Made by a program: the position numbers and the translations under genes
Notes under the pieces: generated by a model
The model's database searches: none
What the model saw: only the letters and a program-made list of their open reading frames with translations
Told to the model about the DNA's origin: nothing
Part shown: positions 17,841 to 27,343 of the stretch, one piece after another
How the letters are laid out: each line of letters starts with the position of its first letter
Numbering within the stretch: the stretch's first letter is position 1
DNA from: an uncultured virus (IMG/VR IMGVR_UViG_2791355488_000009)
Taxonomy: Duplodnaviria; Heunggongvirae; Uroviricota; Caudoviricetes
IMG/VR virus record: IMGVR_UViG_2791355488_000009
Direction: 5' to 3' (one strand)
DNA: 64,000 bases

Positions 17841-19569
17841 ACTAACCCTTGGCAGTCTTTTTGATGGTTCAGGTGGTTTTCCTTTAGGCGGTTTAATTTC
17901 TGGTATTACCCCAGTATGGGCATCGGAGATTGAACCGTTTCCTATTAGGGTCACAACGAAAAGGCTGCCTTTTATAAAACATTACGGCGATATTTCAACC
18001 ATGGATGGCAGTAAGATAGAACCGGTAGATATTATTACTTTTGGCTCACCTTGTCAGGATTTATCCATAGCAGGTAAGCGTGATGGCTTGGATGGTAAAC
18101 GTTCAAGTCTTTTTTATGAGGCCATCCGAATTGTAAAAGAAATGAGGTGTGCTACAGATGGCAAAAAACCAAGATATATTGTCTGGGAAAACGTCCCTGG
18201 AGCCTTCTCATCAAATAAAGGAGAAGATTTCAGATGTGTCCTTGAAGGCATCTGCCACATCAAGGATGAAACCTTATCAGTTCCTAAGATTGATAAGTGG
18301 AAACAAGCAGGAACTATTGTGGGAGATCATTTCTCCCTTGCCTGGCGAGTGCTTGACGCTCAATACTGGGGAGTTCCCCAACGAAGAAAACGCATCTTCC
18401 TTGTCGCAGATTTTGCAGGTGGGGGTGTCGGAGAAATACTATTTAAGTCAGAAGGCTTGTCTGGGTATTCTAAAAAGAGCATCCGCTCGTGGCAAGGAAC
18501 TGCCAGCAACTTTGCAGACAGCATTGGAGCGACAGGCACAATCTGCTTAAATGACCAAGGCGGAGAACGCATGGATGTGACAACAGATATCACTTGCACT
18601 TTGAGGGCGAAATCAAATCATCCGCCTTGTATCATTGACTCTGCAGTTTTTGATAATCATGGAAAGGATACACGTTTTACTGGGCCAATCGATGTTGCAC
18701 CAACGATTTCTGCGACCTATGGAACAGGAGGCAACAATCAACCATTTGTTGTGGAGAATTCTAAGACTTATGATGTGCGATTTACCTCGGAAGGAACTGT
18801 AAATGCCCGTTCTAATGTTTACGAGAGTGATACGGCAAGAACGATTGATACGTCGGGTAATGCACCGGACAGCAATCAAGGTGGTATTGCAGTGGTGGAA
18901 TCTTATGGCTTACAAGGTTCTATAATAGGACGGGCAGATAAGAATGGACCTCAAGGTGATGGTGTGAATGAGGAGCTTAGTTTCACTTTAAATACCGTAG
19001 ATAAACACGCTGTGGTATATGCCATTGATAGAGAGTCATTTAACTGCGGTCAAAACTATGCTAGAAACCTAGGAATTACTGAAGACGGAATTAATTCCAC
19101 ACTAAAGGCACAAGGCCCTAGTGCTGTTGCAACTCCTACCTATTCATCCAGTAAGGCATCATTTTTTACAGATGCCAAAGAGGAACTTGCCAATACGCTG
19201 GTTGCTACCGACTACAAAGATCCGCCACTTATCAATGATAATGACGGGATAGATTATACGGTGAGAAGACTAACTCCAACTGAGTGTGCAAGACTGCAAG
19301 GTTTTCCAGATTGGTGGTGCAGTGATTTAGGCATAGAGAACCCAACGATGGATGACCTTCGGATTTGGTATGACATCTTTGAAACATTCCGTAAAGCGAC
19401 AGGAGCTTATTCCAAATCTAAGACACTAAAGCAAATCACGAAGTGGCTTAAAAACCCTCATTCAGATTCTGCAGAATATAAGATGTGGGGTAATGGAGTA
19501 GCCTTGCCCAATGTATGTTTTGTCCTATCGGGCATTGTTTGGTTTACACAATTAGAAGTGAAATCTTAA
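17833..19569 (+). CDS. Phage C5-cytosine DNA methyltransferase with long repeated variable region
   Basis: SLFDGSGG, GSPCQD, WENVPG, QRRKR, RRLTPTECARLQGFPD, YKMWGNGV. Confidence 0.9.
   Translation: MVKLTLGSLFDGSGGFPLGGLISGITPVWASEIEPFPIRVTTKRLPFIKHYGDISTMDGSKIEPVDIITFGSPCQDLSIAGKRDGLDGKRSSLFYEAIRIVKEMRCATDGKKPRYIVWENVPGAFSSNKGEDFRCVLEGICHIKDETLSVPKIDKWKQAGTIVGDHFSLAWRVLDAQYWGVPQRRKRIFLVADFAGGGVGEILFKSEGLSGYSKKSIRSWQGTASNFADSIGATGTICLNDQGGERMDVTTDITCTLRAKSNHPPCIIDSAVFDNHGKDTRFTGPIDVAPTISATYGTGGNNQPFVVENSKTYDVRFTSEGTVNARSNVYESDTARTIDTSGNAPDSNQGGIAVVESYGLQGSIIGRADKNGPQGDGVNEELSFTLNTVDKHAVVYAIDRESFNCGQNYARNLGITEDGINSTLKAQGPSAVATPTYSSSKASFFTDAKEELANTLVATDYKDPPLINDNDGIDYTVRRLTPTECARLQGFPDWWCSDLGIENPTMDDLRIWYDIFETFRKATGAYSKSKTLKQITKWLKNPHSDSAEYKMWGNGVALPNVCFVLSGIVWFTQLEVKS
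18158..18550 (+). CDS. Nested +1-frame ORF inside the C5 MTase (M.EcoHK31I beta-subunit-like)
   Basis: SD-like gaggtg 7 nt before ATG 18158; SSLSQIL..KYYLS.KAC.GIL.RA..RGKELP..L..AL sequence. Confidence 0.65.
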   Translation: MAKNQDILSGKTSLEPSHQIKEKISDVSLKASATSRMKPYQFLRLISGNKQELLWEIISPLPGECLTLNTGEFPNEENASSLSQILQVGVSEKYYLSQKACLGILKRASARGKELPATLQTALERQAQSA

Positions 19570-19600
19570 GTCTCATTTCTACACCTAAAAAGCGAGAAAT

Positions 19601-19636
19601 AGCTTGCTATAGTAGTGGTTTAGAGTGATATATGTA
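19601..19636 (+). promoter_or_regulatory. Conserved promoter-like element AGCTTGCTAT-N10-TAGAGTGATRTATGTA, copy 1
   Basis: Near-identical copy at 43744-43779; both precede an SD and gene. Confidence 0.6.
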
Positions 19637-19663
19637 CATACCAAAACAAAGGAGGTTTTGTAC

Positions 19664-20356
19664 ATGGTCATTAAATATAACGTAACAGGAGCAGACCGAA
19701 AAAGGCTAGTTACAACACTGAGCAAGATTACAGGTGTGAAAGCAAAGTATCTAGGAATGCCTAGCATGGCTTATGAGGTGGGGGATTTTATCATCGACAA
19801 GAATGGAACACTTGAACTGACTGGCAAGGCAGAAAGCGAAAAAATCGAAAGTGTGGCCGAGTGTTTAGCAAGCGAGGGCTTTACCCCAGATGAAGAAACT
19901 AAGGCCACAGCGAGCGCACAAACGGCGGACAGAGGAACATTTGGTCTTTGTATCTCCATGCCAAGAAGTAGCTTTACTGAAACGGCACTAGATAACGTAA
20001 AGGCAATCATTCAGGTAAAAGGCGAACTGATTCGTCACGCTTTGCAGCTAGATGATTTACCGATTGAGATTACAGAAGACCAAGTCTCATTTCCTTGGTT
20101 TGAAGAGATGCCTTCACCAGAAGAGGTACAAGCGTATACCCACTTTATTTCAGCACTTTGTGAGATGGCAAGGAATCAAAAACGCATCACGGTAAAAGAA
20201 AAGGAAACTCCGAATGAGAAATATGCATTCCGATGCTTTTTACTGCGCCTTGGCTTTATCGGAAAAGAACATAAGGAAGAACGGAAAATACTGCTTAGAA
20301 ACCTAACAGGTTCATCGGCATTTAAAGGAGGAGGTAAAAATGAGGATAATCAGTAA
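19664..20356 (+). CDS. Conserved phage protein (often labelled virulence-related protein)
   Basis: KYLGMPSMAYEVG, VSFPWF, NEKYAFRCFLLRLGFIG, LLRNLTGSSAFK. Confidence 0.7.
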   Translation: MVIKYNVTGADRKRLVTTLSKITGVKAKYLGMPSMAYEVGDFIIDKNGTLELTGKAESEKIESVAECLASEGFTPDEETKATASAQTADRGTFGLCISMPRSSFTETALDNVKAIIQVKGELIRHALQLDDLPIEITEDQVSFPWFEEMPSPEEVQAYTHFISALCEMARNQKRITVKEKETPNEKYAFRCFLLRLGFIGKEHKEERKILLRNLTGSSAFKGGGKNEDNQ

Positions 20357-20570
20357 AGAAAAACTACATCATCTTCGTGAAAAGTACCCTGTAGGATGCC
20401 GTGTAGAACTATTAAGGATGGATGATATTCAAGCACCAGTGATTGGAACAAAAGGAACAGTAATAGGAGTTGATGATATCGGCTCAATCATGGTGTCTTG
20501 GGACACAGGGTCTAGTTTATCCGTTGTTTTTGGAGAAGACCTTTGCAGGAGGATTGACGATGACAGATAA
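20340..20570 (+). CDS. DUF4314-like protein
   Basis: YPVGCRVEL..MDD...GTKGTV.GVDDIG.I.V.WD.GS.L. Confidence 0.75.
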   Translation: MRIISKEKLHHLREKYPVGCRVELLRMDDIQAPVIGTKGTVIGVDDIGSIMVSWDTGSSLSVVFGEDLCRRIDDDR

Positions 20571-20739
20571 GATAAAAGAGCAGATTATTGCCATTCGAGA
20601 TACAGGCCTTACCAATATGTTTGATGTGAACGCAGTCCAAAGAATCGCAGATGAGATGGAATTTTATGAGCTGGTCATTTTTCTTGAAGAAGAAAAAGCC
20701 AAGTATGTGAAGTTCATTTTAAACGGTGATGAAGATTAA
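20560..20739 (+). CDS. DUF5049-like small protein
   Basis: IKEQIIAIRDTGLTNMFDV; ggagg SD before ATG 20560. Confidence 0.7.
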   Translation: MTDKIKEQIIAIRDTGLTNMFDVNAVQRIADEMEFYELVIFLEEEKAKYVKFILNGDED

Positions 20740-20840
20740 ATCATAAACAAATTCAATAGTATAGGGATTTGAGCGTGCAGACGCTCTTTCTCTCGTCATA
20801 CAGCTTAAGGCTGTATTTTTTATGCTCATTTTGAAGGGAG

Positions 20841-22451
20841 GTGACCGCAATTAGAAAGCTCAAGAAATATAAACCGACACCTTTTATGGCAAAGGACTCT
20901 ATCTACGATAAAGATGCTGCAGATTATGCGGTCAACTTTATTGAGTGTTTAAGTCATACCAAGGGGAAATGGTCTGGAAAACCATTTGAACTGATTGATT
21001 GGCAAGAACAAATTATCAGAGATCTCTTTGGAACACTGAAACCAGATGGCTATCGGCAGTTTAATACAGCCTATATTGAGATTCCTAAGAAAATGGGGAA
21101 ATCTGAATTAGCGGCAGCTGTCGCATTACTGCTTACTTGTGGTGATGGCGAAGAAAGAGCCGAGGTTTATGGATGCGCTGCAGACAGGCAACAGGCGTCC
21201 ATCGTATTTGAAGTGGCTGCTGATATGGTACGTATGAGCCCGGCTCTAAGTAAACGAGTTAAAATCTTATCGGCAACAAAGCGGATCATTTTCCAACCGA
21301 CTAATAGTTTTTATCAAGTGCTTTCAGCAGAGGCTTATTCAAAGCATGGTTTTAATATTCATGGTGTTGTTTTTGATGAGCTGCATACGCAGCCCAATAG
21401 AAAACTCTTTGATGTCATGACCAAAGGTTCTGGTGATGCCAGAACACAGCCCCTATATTTTCTGATCACCACGGCAGGATCTGATACAAAATCAATCTGC
21501 TATGAAACCCATCAGAAAGCCAAAGATCTCATGGAGAAAAGAAAGATTGACCCTACTTTTTATCCGGTTATTTATGGAGCAGATGAGTCAGATGATTGGA
21601 CCTGTCCAAAGGTGTGGAAAAAAGCGAATCCAAGCCTTGGCATAACGGTAGGGATTGATAAGGTAAAAGCCGCCTGTGAATCAGCCAAGCAAAACCCTGC
21701 AGAAGAGAATGCCTTTAGACAGCTAAGGCTTAATCAGTGGGTCAAACAAGCGGTTCGCTGGATGCCAATGGACAGGTGGGATAAATGTGCCTTTGCCGTA
21801 AATGAAGAGGATTTACTTGGAAGGGTATGCTATGGCGGACTAGACCTTTCTAGCTCCATTGATATTACTGCCTTTGTATTGGTGTTTCCTCCCCTAGATG
21901 AGGATGATAAATACATCATTCTTCCCTACTTTTGGCTGCCAGAAGAAACTCTAAGTGCCAGGGTCAACCGTGACCATGTTCCCTATGATGTCTGGGAAAA
22001 GCAAGGACAGCTTAAAACAACGGAAGGCAATGTGGTCCATTACGGTTTTATTGAGAAGTTCATCGAAGAACTTGGCGAAAAGTACAATATTCGTGAGATT
22101 GCCTTTGACCGTTGGGGAGCCGTACAAATGGTTCAAAACCTAGAAGGCATGGGTTTTACTGTTGTCCCCTTTGGTCAAGGATTTAAGGATATGAGTCCAC
22201 CGACTAAGGAACTGATGAAACTAACGCTAGAAGAAAAGGTTGCTCATGGTGGGCATCCTGTACTTCGTTGGATGATGGATAACATTTTTGTTCGAACAGA
22301 CCCGGCAGGCAACATCAAGCCAGACAAGGAAAAATCATCAGAAAAGATTGATGGTGCAGTGGCAACGATTATGGCTCTTGATCGAGCGATTCGTTGTGGC
22401 AATGATACGAGTGCTTCGGTTTATGACAACCGAGGCATTCTCTTTATATGA
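20841..22451 (+). CDS. terL: Terminase large subunit (true start possibly ATT at 20850)
   Basis: EIPKKMGKSE Walker A, VFDELH Walker B, GGLDLS, EKIDGAVA. Confidence 0.95.
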   Translation: MTAIRKLKKYKPTPFMAKDSIYDKDAADYAVNFIECLSHTKGKWSGKPFELIDWQEQIIRDLFGTLKPDGYRQFNTAYIEIPKKMGKSELAAAVALLLTCGDGEERAEVYGCAADRQQASIVFEVAADMVRMSPALSKRVKILSATKRIIFQPTNSFYQVLSAEAYSKHGFNIHGVVFDELHTQPNRKLFDVMTKGSGDARTQPLYFLITTAGSDTKSICYETHQKAKDLMEKRKIDPTFYPVIYGADESDDWTCPKVWKKANPSLGITVGIDKVKAACESAKQNPAEENAFRQLRLNQWVKQAVRWMPMDRWDKCAFAVNEEDLLGRVCYGGLDLSSSIDITAFVLVFPPLDEDDKYIILPYFWLPEETLSARVNRDHVPYDVWEKQGQLKTTEGNVVHYGFIEKFIEELGEKYNIREIAFDRWGAVQMVQNLEGMGFTVVPFGQGFKDMSPPTKELMKLTLEEKVAHGGHPVLRWMMDNIFVRTDPAGNIKPDKEKSSEKIDGAVATIMALDRAIRCGNDTSASVYDNRGILFI

Positions 22452-22460
22452 GGGAGGTGA

Positions 22461-23789
22461 TTGGTTTTGGGATTTTTATCATCCATTTTTAAGGCGAGAG
22501 ATAAGCCTACTGATAGAGCTGTGAGTTCCAACTATACCTTTTTAATGGGATCAACCACAGCAGGTAAAACAGTGACCGAGCGGTCGGCACTTCAAATGAC
22601 GGCCGTATACTCTTGTGTTCGAATATTAGCTGAAGCAGTAGCAGGGCTTCCTCTGCATCTTTATTGTTATACAGAAGATGGTGGCAAGGAAAAAGCAATT
22701 GATCATTCCTTGTATCGACTTTTGCATGATGAACCAAATCCTGAGATGAGTTCTTTTGTGTTTAGAGAAACACTGATGACTCATCTTTTATTATGGGGGA
22801 ATTGTTATGCGCAGATTATTCGTAATGGAAAAGGTGAAGTTGTCGCTCTCTACCCCTTGATGCCAAATCGGATGTCAGTTCATCGAGATGAGAGTGGGCA
22901 GCTCTATTACTTATATACCAGAGGTGCAGATGATGTGAACAGTACGAAGGGTATGACAGTAAAACTTAGTACCTCCGATGTACTTCATATTCCCGGACTC
23001 GGGTTTGATGGACTGGTTGGCTACTCCCCGATTGCGATGGCTAAAAATGCGATTGGTCTAGCCATTGCAACAGAGGAATATGGAGCCAAGTTCTTTGCTA
23101 ACGGTGCTGCTCCAAGTGGTGTGCTTGAACATCCAGGAACGATTAAAGAACCTGGGAAAGTCAGAGAGGCTTGGCAGTCACAATTTGGTGGCAGTGCCAA
23201 TTCCAATAAAATAGCCGTGCTTGAAGAAGGAATGAAATATACACCGATTTCCATTTCACCAGAACAAGCACAATTCCTTGAAACAAGGAAGTTTCAAATC
23301 AATGAAATTGCTCGGATTTTTAGAGTCCCTCCTCACATGGTAGGCGACCTTGAGAAGTCGAGCTTTTCTAATATTGAGCAACAATCCCTTGAGTTTGTGA
23401 AATACACCTTAGACCCGTGGGTAGTGCGTTGGGAGCAAACCCTAGCCCGCACCCTTTTTACACCGGAAGAAAAGAAAAAATACTTCTTTAGATTCAATGT
23501 AGAAGGTCTGCTTAGAGGGGATTATGTTAGTCGCATGAGCGGGTATGCCACAGCAAGGCAGAACGGTTGGATGAGTGCCAATGATATTCGAGAACTTGAA
23601 AACCTAGACCGTATCCCAGCAGAGGACGGTGGTGACATGTACCTTGTCAACGGTAATATGCTCCCTCTTACAAAGGCAGGTGCATTCGCAAATACAAACG
23701 AGGATGGAAAGGAGGAAGACTTGGATGAAGAACAAGATGTTTTGGCGATGGAAGAACCAAGCAAGCGAACAAGAAGAACGAGTTCTTGA
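22461..23789 (+). CDS. Portal protein (HK97 family)
   Basis: AVYSCVRILAE, LLWGN.YA, GLVGYSPI, EIARIFRVPP. Confidence 0.95.
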   Translation: MVLGFLSSIFKARDKPTDRAVSSNYTFLMGSTTAGKTVTERSALQMTAVYSCVRILAEAVAGLPLHLYCYTEDGGKEKAIDHSLYRLLHDEPNPEMSSFVFRETLMTHLLLWGNCYAQIIRNGKGEVVALYPLMPNRMSVHRDESGQLYYLYTRGADDVNSTKGMTVKLSTSDVLHIPGLGFDGLVGYSPIAMAKNAIGLAIATEEYGAKFFANGAAPSGVLEHPGTIKEPGKVREAWQSQFGGSANSNKIAVLEEGMKYTPISISPEQAQFLETRKFQINEIARIFRVPPHMVGDLEKSSFSNIEQQSLEFVKYTLDPWVVRWEQTLARTLFTPEEKKKYFFRFNVEGLLRGDYVSRMSGYATARQNGWMSANDIRELENLDRIPAEDGGDMYLVNGNMLPLTKAGAFANTNEDGKEEDLDEEQDVLAMEEPSKRTRRTSS

Positions 23790-24456
23790 GCTTTATGGAA
23801 CAATCGCTGAAGAAAGCTGGTTTGATGATGATGTGACCCCACAGATGTTTAGAAATGAACTCTTTAGCGAAAAAGGACCCATCACCTTATGGATTAACTC
23901 ACCGGGTGGAGATTGCATTGCCGCAAGTCAGATTTATACCATGTTGATGGATTACCCAGATGAGGTAACTGTCAAGATTGATGGGATTGCAGCATCAGCC
24001 GCTTCTGTCATTGCCATGGCAGGAACAAAGGTATTGATGGCTCCGACAGCACTCATGATGATTCATAACCCGGCAACCATCACGATGGGCGATCATGAAG
24101 ACATGAAACGAGCGATTGAGATGTTAGATGAGGTGAAAGAAAGCATTATTAATGCCTATGAGATTAAGACTGGAGTATCTCGCATCAAACTATCTCATCT
24201 GATGGATGCTGAAACCTGGATGAATGCCAACAAAGCCATAGAACTTGGCTTTGCAGACGATGTGCTAAAGGATGAGAAACAATCCGAACCCACTTTTTCT
24301 GCCTATGCGTTTTCTAGAAAAGCAGTGGCTACGAATCTGCTAAATAAAATTGCAGAAAAGACAATACCAATCAAGGCAGAGGAAACTCTAAAACCACAAG
24401 GGCGCTCAATTGATGAACTCAAGGAGCGTCTTTTAATTATCAAAAAATATATGTAA
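23725..24456 (+). CDS. ClpP-type prohead protease
   Basis: INSPGGD, GIAASAAS, MMIHNP, ETWM.A..A..LGFAD. Confidence 0.9.
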   Translation: MKNKMFWRWKNQASEQEERVLELYGTIAEESWFDDDVTPQMFRNELFSEKGPITLWINSPGGDCIAASQIYTMLMDYPDEVTVKIDGIAASAASVIAMAGTKVLMAPTALMMIHNPATITMGDHEDMKRAIEMLDEVKESIINAYEIKTGVSRIKLSHLMDAETWMNANKAIELGFADDVLKDEKQSEPTFSAYAFSRKAVATNLLNKIAEKTIPIKAEETLKPQGRSIDELKERLLIIKKYM

Positions 24457-24472
24457 ATGGAGGAATTTTACT

Positions 24473-25669
24473 ATGACGATTACAGAAATGCGTAATAAAC
24501 GCAAAAAGCTTATTGAAACGATGGATGGGTTCTTGGACACTCATAAAACCAAGAATGGCACATTGTCCGCAGAAGATGATCAAACCTACAAAACCATGGA
24601 AGATGAAATTTCTGAACTTACCAATGAAATCCATCGCATGGAAAGACGTGAAGCAATCGAGGCTGAACTTGAAAAACCTGTCAGCAAGCCAATCATTGAA
24701 AATCCGATGAATGGTCGACTGGATAACAGTGAAATTAAAACTGGCCGAGCAGCTGATTCTTATAAGACTGCCATGCTTTCAGCCCTTCGCTCAAACTTCC
24801 GTAATGTATCCAATGTCCTACAAGAAGGGGTAGACGCAGATGGTGGCTATCTCGTACCCGAAGAATACGACAGCAGATTGATTGATGGTCTGGAAGAAGA
24901 GAATATCATTCGTAAGCTGGGTCACAGAATTACCACATCAGGTGAGCGAAAAATCAATATTGCAGCTACAAAACCTGCAGCTGCATGGATTGATGAGGGC
25001 GAGGCACTGACCTTTAGTGATGCAACCTTCTCTCAAATTAATCTGGATGCTCACAAACTTCACGTAGCTGTAAAGGTGACCGAGGAACTGCTCTATGACA
25101 ATGCCTTCCAACTGGAGAACTACATCATTGAGGAGTTTTATAAGGCTCTGGCCAATGCGGAAGAAGATGCCTTTATCAATGGTGATGGCACAGGAAAACC
25201 TCTAGGCATTCTTGCTGCTAGTGGTGGTGCTGAAGTAGGAGTGACTGCTGCCTCTGCCACAGCAATTACGGCCGATGAAGTGATTAATTTAGTGTATTCA
25301 CTGAAACGTCCATACCGTAAGAATGCAGTCTTTATTTTAAATGACCAGACCATTGCGGCACTTAGAAAACTCAAGGATGGAAACGGAGCGTATATGTGGC
25401 AAGCAGCTCTTGTTGCGGGTGAACCAGATAAACTACTAGGCTATCCTGTTTATACATCTGCTTATATGCCTACCATTGAGGCAGGTGCTAAGACCATTAT
25501 CTTTGGCGATTTGTCTTATTACAACATCGGTGATCGTGGTTCTCGCTCATTTGCGGAGCTTCGTGAGTTGTTTGCTGGTAATGGCATGGTCGGTTTTGTA
25601 GCTAAAGAACGTGTGGATGGCAAGTTAGTACTACCTGAAGCAATCAAGGTTCTTCAGCAGAAAGCCTAA
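24473..25669 (+). CDS. Major capsid protein (HK97 fold)
   Basis: Coiled-coil N-terminus, DGGYLVPEE, GDGTGKPLGI, KLKDGNGAYMW, FGD. Confidence 0.95.
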   Translation: MTITEMRNKRKKLIETMDGFLDTHKTKNGTLSAEDDQTYKTMEDEISELTNEIHRMERREAIEAELEKPVSKPIIENPMNGRLDNSEIKTGRAADSYKTAMLSALRSNFRNVSNVLQEGVDADGGYLVPEEYDSRLIDGLEEENIIRKLGHRITTSGERKINIAATKPAAAWIDEGEALTFSDATFSQINLDAHKLHVAVKVTEELLYDNAFQLENYIIEEFYKALANAEEDAFINGDGTGKPLGILAASGGAEVGVTAASATAITADEVINLVYSLKRPYRKNAVFILNDQTIAALRKLKDGNGAYMWQAALVAGEPDKLLGYPVYTSAYMPTIEAGAKTIIFGDLSYYNIGDRGSRSFAELRELFAGNGMVGFVAKERVDGKLVLPEAIKVLQQKA

Positions 25670-25681
25670 CGGAGGTGCGAT

Positions 25682-25906
25682 ATGGATTACAACACAAAAA
25701 ACTACACCGAACAAGGCGGAGATAAAACCGTCATCGCAGGAACGTTAGAGATTAAGGAGGGAGCAACCGTAACAGGTCTCCCTTCTTCTTTTACTCCTGC
25801 AGAAAACCAAGCACCTAGTGTGGCAGAAGATATTACGAGTTTAGTTGCTGATTTTAATGCCTTGCTTCTAAAGCTTCAAACAGCAGGACTCATGGAAGCT
25901 GATTAA
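25682..25906 (+). CDS. Head fibre/decoration-like protein
   Basis: LVADFNALLLKLQTAGLM C-terminus; directly after capsid gene. Confidence 0.6.
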   Translation: MDYNTKNYTEQGGDKTVIAGTLEIKEGATVTGLPSSFTPAENQAPSVAEDITSLVADFNALLLKLQTAGLMEAD

Positions 25907-25928
25907 AAAGAGAAAGGATGGTGGCGGT

Positions 25929-26237
25929 ATGACACTGATTCAAAAGGTAAAAGCAAACTTGATTTTAGAGCATGACGCTGATGACGAACTATTAGAGATG
26001 TTCATCACCGCTGCTGTCAGTTATGCCGAAAGTTATCAGCATGTACCAGAAAATTTCTATAGCGACAATCCTATGCCGCCTACTACTGAGCAGGCTGTTA
26101 TTATGCTCTCTTCTCATTTCTATGAAAGTAGAGATGGCAGCACGGGTGGCTTTTTTGCAGATAATGTGCAAGCCGGTCAGCAGGTGTGGAATACGGTCAA
26201 TCTTCTTTTGCGACTTGATCGGGATTGGAAGGTGTAA
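25929..26237 (+). CDS. Head-tail connector (gp6-like)
   Basis: VKANL..DD.LL, QAVIML.SHFYESR. Confidence 0.85.
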   Translation: MTLIQKVKANLILEHDADDELLEMFITAAVSYAESYQHVPENFYSDNPMPPTTEQAVIMLSSHFYESRDGSTGGFFADNVQAGQQVWNTVNLLLRLDRDWKV

Positions 26238-26240
26238 GAG

Positions 26241-26582
26241 ATGAGTTTTGGAAAAATGAATAAATTTGCTGATATTAAAGCAATTACAACAACGAAAGAT
26301 AGTGAGGGATTTGCGACAACATCAGAAACCGTGATTGCTTCGATTCGAGTCTACCGGGAAGGGCGTCATGGTAGTGAGCGCTGGGCTAACCTCGCTGCTT
26401 TTTCTGAAGCTACGGATCTCTTTAGATTTCGTGCCATTCCTGGAGTGCTGGTAACCACAGAGCATTTTATCGAGTGTGAAAGAGAATTATTTGATATTAC
26501 ATCGGTGGAAAACGTAAAAGGTCGAGGGATGTATACAGAAGTATTGGCTAAGAAGGTGGTGAGTAGCGTTGGCAAAAGTTGA
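26241..26582 (+). CDS. Head-tail adaptor/closure protein
   Basis: MSFGKMN.., FRFR, FDITSVENVKGR; position. Confidence 0.8.
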   Translation: MSFGKMNKFADIKAITTTKDSEGFATTSETVIASIRVYREGRHGSERWANLAAFSEATDLFRFRAIPGVLVTTEHFIECERELFDITSVENVKGRGMYTEVLAKKVVSSVGKS

Positions 26583-27000
26583 TATTAAAATGCCCGATGA
26601 ATTTCTACTTAAGGTTTCAAAGCTTGGCTCTGACTTTGACCCTGTTGCAGAAAAGGTGCTAAAAGCAGGTGGTGAAGTCGTTTTCAAACGAACGAAGAGC
26701 AATCTTTCTGCTGTAATCGGTAAAGGTACAAAGCATGAATCACGCTCAACGGGTGAACTTGAAAAAGCACTCGGTGTTACATCAGTACGATTAGATAGGA
26801 ACGGAAACCACAATATAAAAATTGGATTTTCTGAACCAAGGCCTGATGGTGAGAGTAACGCAAAAATAGCAAACATCCTTGAGTATGGCAAACACGGTCA
26901 ACCTGCAAAGCCTTTTTTGAAACCCGCTAGGAGTGCTTCCAAATCAGAGTGTATTTCAGTTATGAAAAGCACTTTTGAAGAGGAGGTCAAAAAGCTATGA
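26569..27000 (+). CDS. HK97 gp10-like tail component
   Basis: TGELEK, ILEYG..QPAKPFLKPA. Confidence 0.85.
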   Translation: MAKVDIKMPDEFLLKVSKLGSDFDPVAEKVLKAGGEVVFKRTKSNLSAVIGKGTKHESRSTGELEKALGVTSVRLDRNGNHNIKIGFSEPRPDGESNAKIANILEYGKHGQPAKPFLKPARSASKSECISVMKSTFEEEVKKL

Positions 27001-27341
27001 GTATTTTAGAGGACTTACAAGTAGTTTTAGAAACACTAGACGTTCCGATTGAAACAGGAGTGTTTTCAGATGTGGCTCCTGGTAAGTACATGGTGATTGT
27101 TCCGATGAGCGATAGCTTTGACCTTCATTCGGATAATCTACCATGCATGGATGTTCAAGAGGCACGGATTTCAATTTATAGCAAAGGCAGTTATACAGCG
27201 TTAAAAAATCAAGTGGTGCAGTTATTGTTGGATTCCAGTTTCACCATAACCGCACGGAGCTACATCGGCTTTGAAGATGATACGGGCTATTACCACTACA
27301 ACGTGGATGTAGCCAAACATTACGAAATAGGAGGTAATTAA
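26997..27341 (+). CDS. Putative tail terminator/completion protein
   Basis: Position before major tail gene; EDDTGYYH motif. Confidence 0.7.
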   Translation: MSILEDLQVVLETLDVPIETGVFSDVAPGKYMVIVPMSDSFDLHSDNLPCMDVQEARISIYSKGSYTALKNQVVQLLLDSSFTITARSYIGFEDDTGYYHYNVDVAKHYEIGGN

Positions 27342-27343
27342 AA

